25,591 nt of DNA from Gemmatimonadota bacterium (GTDB lineage Bacteria > Gemmatimonadota > Gemmatimonadetes > Palauibacterales > KS3-K002): positions 1-25,591 of the forward strand of contig JBDHJS010000048.1 of assembly GCA_039586795.1 (NCBI GenBank), written 5' to 3'. Within the stretch, counting starts at the first letter, position 1. Every line of letters begins with the position of its first letter. This document shows positions 15,387 to 22,208 of this stretch, in pieces. The notes below the pieces were generated by a model. It saw nothing but the letters and a program-made list of their open reading frames with translations. It had not been told where the DNA came from and made no database searches. A program made the position numbers and the translations under genes.

Positions 15387-16916
15387 TTACGGTCTCCTGC
15401 TGAGCTCCAAGAACGAAGGCAGGTTATACGAATATCCCTGCGCCTCGGCAAGCGCATACCCGCTCAACTTACTCGCCGCGAACCATAGCCGCACATACAT
15501 CCAGTGTTCGTAGCGGGCGGCATCGCCGGTCGGTACCGTGATTGGGAAGCGCGCAGTGAAGACTCCGTTCCGGAATCGCGGTGGATTGCCCGTGGGCTTC
15601 ACCGCTTGATCTTCCACACCCGGTCTATCGATCACACTTAGGCTGACATCACCGCCCGCCTCATACGTCAGGCGTAGGCGCACATTCTGTTCGTAGGTTG
15701 TCAGCTCACCTTCCCAGACTCCGACTAGCGAATCTTCTGGAATCTCAGGGGGCGCCTGTTGTGAGGATGATGAGCCGGATGATCGGCCGAATGTCAGGCT
15801 CGACGCATACTCCGGAAACAGCGCGGCCATGATGCAATCGCACACCACCGGCGTCTGCGCCATCTCTCCGTTGGCGAGAACCGCAATGACCAGGTCCTCC
15901 GACGGAACGAGCCACAGCGAAGTGCGCGTTCCCGTGCTCGCTCCGCCATGACGCACAAGTCGATAGCCGTGACGCTCCTGCACGGCCCAGGCCAGACGGT
16001 AGTTGCTCGCGGGATCGACCGAGTTCTGCATCAGGTCGATGGTTTCGTCCTGAAGAATCTGTGTTTGGTCCTCTAGGTGATCTTTGAGGTGAAACATGCC
16101 GAAACGGGCCAAGTCATGGGCGCTCGCGAACACCGAGTTTGATCCCCGGCTGCCCATCTCGTAGAAGGGGAAGACATCGCCATCGCCGTTATGCTCGCGA
16201 GCGATGTAGCTTTCATCATAGGGCGCCGTAATGACCGCGGTTCGCGGAAGGCCCAGGGGCTCAAAGACCTCGGACCTCATGAATTCGGCGTAGGGATCAC
16301 CCGACGTCCGTTCGATGATGTACTCGATGATCCCGAACCCAAGGTTCGACGTGTACATGAACCGCTCGCCGGGCGGCCGCACTACGATCCCGTAGCGTCG
16401 GATCATCTCGGGCAGATCCGGTCGCTCATCGAGCTCGTCTTCCCAGTAGGTCGCCCAATAAGGCGGCAGCCCGGCTGTGTGGTGGAGTATCCGCTCGACC
16501 GTGACGTCGGAAGCGTTCCCCTGGTACGCCCGCAACTGAACGTCTCCCAGGTAGAGATCTGCTGGCTGACCCAGATCGACCAATCCGCGCTCGACGAGCA
16601 CCATCAGGCCGGTCGCCGTGATCACCTTGGAGATAGAGGCCAGACGGTACATAGTCTGAGGCGTCGCCTCGATGCCCCGCTCCAGATCCGCCATGCCGAA
16701 CGACTCTTCCCAGATGATCTCTCCACCCTTGGCGACGGCCACCGATATCGATGGGACGTTCCTCCGCTCCATCTGGTACTTGATGCATCTGCGCGGATTT
16801 CTGAATTGGTCTTCTGTGCTGGAATCCTGCGCGCGACCGGTAGTCGTCAACGAAAGACCGCCGGCCAGCAACAAGAGAATCACGCCACCACTTCTCTGAA
16901 GAGGTCCAAGATCCAT
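15387..16916 (-). CDS. Secreted serine hydrolase, beta-lactamase/penicillin-binding-protein-like family
   Basis: SxxK motif (LASISK), LHHTAGL, Y(T)SN and HGG motifs, N-terminal signal peptide and an extra C-terminal beta domain. Confidence 0.9.
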   Translation of the reverse strand: MDLGPLQRSGGVILLLLAGGLSLTTTGRAQDSSTEDQFRNPRRCIKYQMERRNVPSISVAVAKGGEIIWEESFGMADLERGIEATPQTMYRLASISKVITATGLMVLVERGLVDLGQPADLYLGDVQLRAYQGNASDVTVERILHHTAGLPPYWATYWEDELDERPDLPEMIRRYGIVVRPPGERFMYTSNLGFGIIEYIIERTSGDPYAEFMRSEVFEPLGLPRTAVITAPYDESYIAREHNGDGDVFPFYEMGSRGSNSVFASAHDLARFGMFHLKDHLEDQTQILQDETIDLMQNSVDPASNYRLAWAVQERHGYRLVRHGGASTGTRTSLWLVPSEDLVIAVLANGEMAQTPVVCDCIMAALFPEYASSLTFGRSSGSSSSQQAPPEIPEDSLVGVWEGELTTYEQNVRLRLTYEAGGDVSLSVIDRPGVEDQAVKPTGNPPRFRNGVFTARFPITVPTGDAARYEHWMYVRLWFAASKLSGYALAEAQGYSYNLPSFLELSRRP

Positions 16917-16977
16917 TTCTCATCCTATTGTTTTCGATGGCGGGCAATCGCACGTGGTTCACACGTAGTAAGAGCGC

Positions 16978-17003
16978 CCATAGGGCAAGCTCTTGCCCTA
17001 TGG
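16978..17003. repeat. Perfect 12-bp inverted repeat (terminator-like hairpin or operator)
   Basis: CCATAGGGCAAG-CT-CTTGCCCTATGG between two co-directional minus-strand genes. Confidence 0.6.
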
Positions 17004-17049
17004 TACCCGAATGAGGGAGGAATATTCTCTTACTCCGCAGAACCGCCGT

Positions 17050-17496
17050 TTAGGCTGCCGAGGGCGGCGCTGAATCACCCTCCTGGTAGAGCCAGCCGCC
17101 GGCCAATAGCGCGAGCACCAGCTGGACGAGCCCCAAGATCGCAGCGGTTAGGTAGATCTTACTTGGGAAGAGCTCGAGCGGCGCTTCGACGATGGTGTGC
17201 ATGAAGTACCAGAGGAACCAGACGGCGACACCCATCATCGCGGCCGTCTTCGGTCCAGCTCCGAACCGGGGACGCACGGCGGCGTACAACCACACCAGGA
17301 AGATCCCGAAAACGAAGTTCCAGGCCACGAACATCGCCATGACCCCTCCACCGGGCTCTTCTCTGCCGAGTGCCTCCACGGCAGCGGCGTAATCCGCCGC
17401 GAGGTACCAACCCCAGACGATGAAGTCGTAGGCGTTCAGCACCACCCCGGCGAGCAGCCCGCCCAACACGACACGGCCCCAGTTGATCTTGCCCAC
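17050..17496 (-). CDS. Hypothetical 4-TM integral membrane protein
   Basis: GTG start with an AGGAGG RBS, four hydrophobic helices and a WLYAAVRPRFGAGPKTA loop. Confidence 0.85.
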   Translation of the reverse strand: MGKINWGRVVLGGLLAGVVLNAYDFIVWGWYLAADYAAAVEALGREEPGGGVMAMFVAWNFVFGIFLVWLYAAVRPRFGAGPKTAAMMGVAVWFLWYFMHTIVEAPLELFPSKIYLTAAILGLVQLVLALLAGGWLYQEGDSAPPSAA

Positions 17497-17543
17497 GGCA
17501 AAACCTCCTGTGTGAGTGAGATGGGTGTGGGTGTGAGTGGAAC

Positions 17544-17572
17544 AGGGTAGTACGGTCGGGGAGTAGCGTCAA
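17544..17572 (-). promoter_or_regulatory. Putative sigma70-type promoter of the 4-TM protein gene
   Basis: Minus strand TTGACG (17572-17567), 17-nt spacer, TACCCT (17549-17544). Confidence 0.5.
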
Positions 17573-18135
17573 TGCTCGTTCGATGCTCGCTCCATCGCCC
17601 GCTTCTGAACGGTGCTGAGTATCGCCTCCTCCGTCTCGGGAAGCACTTCCATCATCTTCAGGAAATTCCGCTTGCCAAGCACCGCCAACTCCGCGGAGGC
17701 CTTTGCGCGCACCGTCGCGTTGCGCGGAGCGTTGGAGAGCAGCGACATCTCGCCGAAGTAGCTGCCGGGCCCCAGCGTCGCCACGACCCTTCCATCCTCC
17801 TCGCCGATGACCTCCACCTCTCCCTCGCGGATGAAGTAGGCGCAGCCGCCTTCGTCACCCTGTCTGAAGACGATCTGTCCAGCAACGAACCTCTCGATGT
17901 TGAACAGCTTGTGCGATTCGTGATACTCGTAGGCGGTGACCGCAAGCAGAATGGCTATAGCGAGAACAACGAGAGCGGGCGCAAACGTCGAGAACAAGAA
18001 GAGAGTCCCGCCCGTCGTCTTGATGACGAATTGGAGCGTGATCAACAATGCCGCGAGCGTGAGCAGCAGAGCCGCCAACAGCAGGAATCGAAGGGTGCGC
18101 GAACCGAATCGCGGTGCAAACGACATCGCTTTCAT
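17569..18135 (-). CDS. Membrane-anchored (2 TM) cyclic-nucleotide-binding domain protein
   Basis: cNMP domain: GQIVFRQGDEG..AYFIREGEVEV...LGPGSYFGEMSLL.NAPRNATVRA. Two N-terminal hydrophobic helices. ATG 18135 overlaps the upstream stop (TGATG). No HTH or other output domain. Confidence 0.9.
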   Translation of the reverse strand: MKAMSFAPRFGSRTLRFLLLAALLLTLAALLITLQFVIKTTGGTLFLFSTFAPALVVLAIAILLAVTAYEYHESHKLFNIERFVAGQIVFRQGDEGGCAYFIREGEVEVIGEEDGRVVATLGPGSYFGEMSLLSNAPRNATVRAKASAELAVLGKRNFLKMMEVLPETEEAILSTVQKRAMERASNEH

Positions 18136-18875
18136 CAGGTCGACTCCCTCTCGGTCTCTGCATCCGGATGGGCCCTGGTATGACATTGCATGCAAGAGGT
18201 TTCGTCCTCGAATAGAGACTCCTTCATTCCCGCGATCCCGTGAGCTCCGTTCGACAGCCACTTGTTCGATCGGGCGTGGCACTTCAGGCAGTCAGCGTTG
18301 CTATAAGGTCGCCACATCTCGATCGGTCTCTCGTAGCTCTCTGTGTAGTAGCGAACGACCTGCGTAATGCCGTTGAGCTTGGCCTGAAACGTTCCGAATA
18401 GACCGTAAGACGTATGGCACTCGTAGCACTGGTTATCGGCTATGTACTGGTTCTTGAAATGGAGCGCCGCCAGGCCCTCGCCTTCCGGATTCTCCATGTC
18501 ATCGACGTAGGGTTGCAGCACCTGGTGGCAGGAGCCACAGAATTCAACCCGCTCTGCCCTCACGAACATGAGTAGCATGCCGCTGGACACCGTGAAGACC
18601 GGGAGAACGAACACCCCTGTGAACAGAAGTACGCGTGTTCCCACACCCCTCGTCTGACCCCGGTAGACTTCGAACAGTCCGTAGAGCACGACCAGGATCG
18701 CGATGATCAAGGTCCAGACGAGAATCTTCGTTGCCCAGGATTCTACGGGATCATGCTGGAAGTTCGGGACGTTCTCTTGAGCGAGGGTCGTAGTCGCGTG
18801 GAGCAGGAGAGCGGGCGGAAGAAGAAGCACCCACGTTGACCGCCCCCAACCGTCTAGCTGCCGGGGAGATTTCAT
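18135..18875 (-). CDS. NapC/NirT-type membrane-anchored tetraheme cytochrome c
   Basis: Four CxxCH motifs (CGSCH, CYECH, CLKCH, CMQCH), the first as EFCGSCH directly after a TM helix. A signal-like segment and two TM helices precede it. Start uncertain (ATG 18875 or 18905). Confidence 0.88.
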   Translation of the reverse strand: MKSPRQLDGWGRSTWVLLLPPALLLHATTTLAQENVPNFQHDPVESWATKILVWTLIIAILVVLYGLFEVYRGQTRGVGTRVLLFTGVFVLPVFTVSSGMLLMFVRAERVEFCGSCHQVLQPYVDDMENPEGEGLAALHFKNQYIADNQCYECHTSYGLFGTFQAKLNGITQVVRYYTESYERPIEMWRPYSNADCLKCHARSNKWLSNGAHGIAGMKESLFEDETSCMQCHTRAHPDAETEREST

Positions 18876-19045
18876 GGCCGTTCGATTCGTGCGGTGCCGT
18901 CTCATCACAGCGGGGCGTTTCCAGCATAGAGATCGGTCCCCCACGGCGCAAGGCGCTTCCTACCCTGATTGTCCGGTTTCGAGCCCGTCCTGCGCAGGTA
19001 GTAGAGGGGACTGGCGGACCATCCATTCAACACTGCGGGAGCACC

Positions 19046-20743
19046 ATGGAAAACCCGATTCTCTTTCTCGTGGCTCAGGATAGCACTCTCCTCGAAGCGC
19101 TGGAGGCTGACCTCGCCCGACGCTTCGGAAACGACTGCCGCATCCTGTGCGAAACGACGCCAGCCAGGGGGCTTGCCGCGCTGAAAGAGCTGGCCGCAGA
19201 CTCGCAGCCGATTGCCCTGCTGATCGCGGACCAGCGGATGCCGGAGATGTCCGGCATCGATTTTCTGGTTCAGGCGCACGCCCTGGTCCCCGCAGCCAAG
19301 CGCATCCTGCTGGTCGAACGCGACTACACCCAGGCCAATCCCAGCGTAACGGCGATGACCCTGGGTCAGATCGACTACCACCTGGTGAAACCGTGGATCC
19401 CGGACGACAATCTCTATCCGGCGGTGAGCGAGTTCCTCTCAGCCTGGACAGCCGCCCAAGATACCGGGTTCAAGCTGTTCCGCATCGTCGGACCGACGCG
19501 GAGCCCCCGCTGCCACCAGATCCGGGATCTGCTCACTCGCATGGGGATTCCACACGCCTGTTATGACGACGAATCCGAGGTCGGCCGCGAGCTGCTCCGC
19601 GAGGTCGGCCAGGACGGCACGCGTCTGCCGGTCGTCGTGCGTCGCGACGGGCGCGTGTGGGTGGAGCCTTCCGACGCCGAGGTCATCGAGGCGTTCGGCG
19701 GCGGCACACAGCTCGGCACCGAGGTCTACGATCTCGCCATCGTCGGCGCCGGACCCGCCGGGCTCACCGCCGCGGTCTACGCCGCCTCCGAAGGGCTGAG
19801 CACTGTGGTTCTCGAGAAGCATATCTCCGGCGGCCAGGCGGCGATGAGCTCGCGCATCCGCAACTTCCCCGGCTTCACCTGGGGGATCGGTGGACACGAC
19901 CTCACCGCCCGTGCGTGCGAGCAGGCGTGGCTGTTCGGCGCCAACATAGTGTTCGCGCAGCAGGCGACGCAGCTGCGGTCCTTCGACACGCACCGCGTGG
20001 TGCGTGTGGCGGACGGCAGGGAGATCGCGGCCCGCACGGTCATCTTGTCGCCGGGCGTTTCCTGGCGACGGTTGGGTGTTCAGAAACTCGAGGAACTGAT
20101 CGGCAGCGGCGTGTTCTATGGTGCCGCCGGGAGTGAGGCGCGAGCGATGCAAGACCGACACGTCTGCATCGTCGGCGCCGGGAACTCCGCCGGCCAGGCA
20201 GCATCGCACCTGGCCGAGTACGCCGCGTCGGTGACGCTGCTCGTCCGCGGCGACAGCCTCGCACAGACCATGTCGGAATACCTGATCACCGAGTTGGAAC
20301 AGACCCGCAACGTGACGATCCGCACATGCGTCGAGGTGATCGATGGTGACGGTAACGGACGCTTGGAAGGGATCACGATCCGCGACCGGCAGAGCGGTCT
20401 GTGCGAGCGGTTGGAAACCTCCGGCCTCTTCGTGCTCATCGGCGCCGACCCGCACACCGAGTGGCTGAACGGCGCGGTCGAACGTGACCCCAAGGGCTAC
20501 ATCCTGACCGGCACCGACCTGATGCGTGACGGCAACCTTCAGTCGAGTTGGCCGCTCAAGCGTCCGCCGTTCCATCTCGAGACCAGCTTGCCCGGCGTGT
20601 TCGCCGCAGGCGATGTACGCTGCGGGTCGGTCAAGCGAGTCGCCGCAGCCGTTGGTGAGGGCGCGACCGCCGTTCAGCAACTACAGCTGTACCTCGCCGA
20701 GTTGCAGGTGCAGGGTCGGAAGAAGGGACTGGCGATGAGCTAG
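19046..20743 (+). CDS. Receiver-domain-fused FAD-dependent thioredoxin-reductase-like oxidoreductase
   Basis: Receiver domain (IADQRMPEMSG...KPW), glutaredoxin-like linker, FAD motif GAGPAG, GGQA, NAD(P)H motif GAGNSAG and PGVFAAGDVR...KRVAAAVGEG. Start at ATG 19046 with a GGGAG RBS. Confidence 0.92.
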   Translation: MENPILFLVAQDSTLLEALEADLARRFGNDCRILCETTPARGLAALKELAADSQPIALLIADQRMPEMSGIDFLVQAHALVPAAKRILLVERDYTQANPSVTAMTLGQIDYHLVKPWIPDDNLYPAVSEFLSAWTAAQDTGFKLFRIVGPTRSPRCHQIRDLLTRMGIPHACYDDESEVGRELLREVGQDGTRLPVVVRRDGRVWVEPSDAEVIEAFGGGTQLGTEVYDLAIVGAGPAGLTAAVYAASEGLSTVVLEKHISGGQAAMSSRIRNFPGFTWGIGGHDLTARACEQAWLFGANIVFAQQATQLRSFDTHRVVRVADGREIAARTVILSPGVSWRRLGVQKLEELIGSGVFYGAAGSEARAMQDRHVCIVGAGNSAGQAASHLAEYAASVTLLVRGDSLAQTMSEYLITELEQTRNVTIRTCVEVIDGDGNGRLEGITIRDRQSGLCERLETSGLFVLIGADPHTEWLNGAVERDPKGYILTGTDLMRDGNLQSSWPLKRPPFHLETSLPGVFAAGDVRCGSVKRVAAAVGEGATAVQQLQLYLAELQVQGRKKGLAMS

Positions 20744-20779
20744 CCATGATGGTATAGCGCTATCAGTAATCCATTTCTG

Positions 20780-20808
20780 TTGCACTCCATCACACGAACC
20801 CACATAAT
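20780..20808 (+). promoter_or_regulatory. Putative sigma70 promoter of the EEP lipoprotein gene
   Basis: TTGCAC (20780-20785), 17-nt spacer, CATAAT (20803-20808); implies a leader of about 175 nt. Confidence 0.6.
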
Positions 20809-20990
20809 GCCCGTGGACGATGGGCTGAGGACGTAGCATGACTTCGCCTACCGGAGTCCTCAGTCGTGGCAGTACAGAGAGTAGTAACCTCTCATTCCCG
20901 CAGCTGTCCTGAGAACACAGCCCGCAAATCTACATCTACATCCAGTCCTTGCTTCAGTACTACCGACACCCTTTCCCCCGGGAGGTAGCC

Positions 20991-22121
20991 ATGCGCAAGT
21001 ATCTGATACTCCCCATCCTGGCCGTGCTGCTGGCTTCGTGCGACGACGCACAAGTGTTCGAGCCACAGACGGCCTCACTCAACGGCGTGCACGCGGATCA
21101 GCCCATCGTGGTCATGTCGCGGAACCTGTATCTGGGCGCAGACCTCGACGCCTTGCTCGATCCGAGCGCCAACTTGCCCGCAGCGCTGGCAGCGGCGCTC
21201 AACCAGGTTCTGTACACCGATTTCGCCGCGCGAGCCAAGGAACTGGCGCAGGAGATCCACGACGTACAGCCCCACCTGGTAGGACTGCAGGAAGTAACGC
21301 GGTACGTCATCTTCGACGCTGGCGGTAATCCCATCCCGTTTCCCGGGTTCCCGATCGACTTCCTGCTCGTGCTCCAAGCGGAGTTAGCGGCACTCGGCGA
21401 TAACTACAGCTTGGCGTGGAAACAGGACCACGTCTCGTTGGTCTTCCCGCTCGACGCCATCCTGGGCTTTCCGTCCTTTGTGAGTTACGACGATGCCGAC
21501 GCCATCCTGGCGCGCGCCGACGTGCCGACGTGGAACGAGACCGGCGGCCACTTCCCCACGCAGCAAGAACTAGCGGTGGGCGGCTTCGCGTTCGAAAACC
21601 TGCGAGGCTGGGCCCAGGTCGATGCGTCCATCAACGGGACCGAGCTTCGCTTCGCGACCACGCATCTCGAGATCCAGATGTTCTCCGATGTACAGGAGGC
21701 ACAGGCGAGCGAACTGGTGGACATCCTTTCCGACAGCCCGTTGCCTGTCGTGCTGGTCGGCGACTTCAACTCGGCGGCAAACCACGACGCGCCAGAAGAG
21801 AGCCAGACCGGTAGCTACAAGGCTATTCGCAGAGCTGGGTACAAGGACCTGTGGCTGCGGGAGCCGCACAGCGTAGGAGGAGCCACCTGCTGCCAGCTGG
21901 CGGACCTATCCAACACCACTTCACTGCTCAACCAGCGTCTCGACATCGTCTTCGTCCGCTGGGGCAAGGCGGGCTTTGGCGGCCAGAGTCAGGTCACACT
22001 GGTTGGCAACGAGACTAGCGACATCTTCACACACCCCTTCGGCTACACATTGTGGCCGTCGGACCACGCCGGAATCGCCGCCTGGATGTGGCCGGCGCCA
22101 GGCCGGCTCGCGTCGAAGTAG
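20991..22121 (+). CDS. Endonuclease/exonuclease/phosphatase (EEP) family lipoprotein
   Basis: GGAGG RBS, lipobox LLASC, and motifs NLYLG, GLQE, THLE, GDFN, RLDIVF and PSDH. Confidence 0.92.
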   Translation: MRKYLILPILAVLLASCDDAQVFEPQTASLNGVHADQPIVVMSRNLYLGADLDALLDPSANLPAALAAALNQVLYTDFAARAKELAQEIHDVQPHLVGLQEVTRYVIFDAGGNPIPFPGFPIDFLLVLQAELAALGDNYSLAWKQDHVSLVFPLDAILGFPSFVSYDDADAILARADVPTWNETGGHFPTQQELAVGGFAFENLRGWAQVDASINGTELRFATTHLEIQMFSDVQEAQASELVDILSDSPLPVVLVGDFNSAANHDAPEESQTGSYKAIRRAGYKDLWLREPHSVGGATCCQLADLSNTTSLLNQRLDIVFVRWGKAGFGGQSQVTLVGNETSDIFTHPFGYTLWPSDHAGIAAWMWPAPGRLASK

Positions 22122-22152
22122 CGAGCGCACTCGATGAGCACGCCGGTGCAAC

Positions 22153-22186
22153 GAGCCGGGGGCGACCGAAAGGCCGCCCCCGGCTC
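22153..22186. terminator. Strong hairpin between convergent genes (probably bidirectional terminator)
   Basis: GAGCCGGGGGCG-a-CC-GAAA-GG-c-CGCCCCCGGCTC: 12+2 bp stem with a GNRA loop; no clear U tract. Confidence 0.75.
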
Positions 22187-22208
22187 CAACTACGACCACC
22201 CGCTCCGT

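Noticed and set aside
15387..16916. Antibiotic-resistance beta-lactamase call
   Set aside because: It has HGG rather than KTG and an extra C-terminal domain, which fits the broad esterase/peptidase-like serine hydrolase group.
17569..18135. TM + cNMP protein as a Pycsar/CBASS anti-phage effector
   Set aside because: No nucleotide cyclase, CD-NTase or other defence gene is nearby; the gene is coupled to a cytochrome instead.
18928..19011. GTCCCCC/GGGGGAC long-range inverted repeat in the divergent promoter region
   Set aside because: Low-complexity 7-bp match with a long spacer; too weak to support.
20754..20763. ATAGCGCTAT 10-bp palindrome upstream of the EEP promoter
   Set aside because: Short, single copy and no known regulator match; palindromes of this size are expected by chance.
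5008..20828. GATGGGCTGA shared by the 5008 and 20819 intergenic regions, each near a CATAAT
   Set aside because: It is a single 10-mer on opposite sides of the -10 in the two loci, so plausibly chance.
20900..20925. CTGAGA in the EEP leader as a TPP riboswitch
   Set aside because: The downstream pyrophosphate-binding consensus (CCUGAU...GCG.AGG) is absent and the gene is not thiamine-related.
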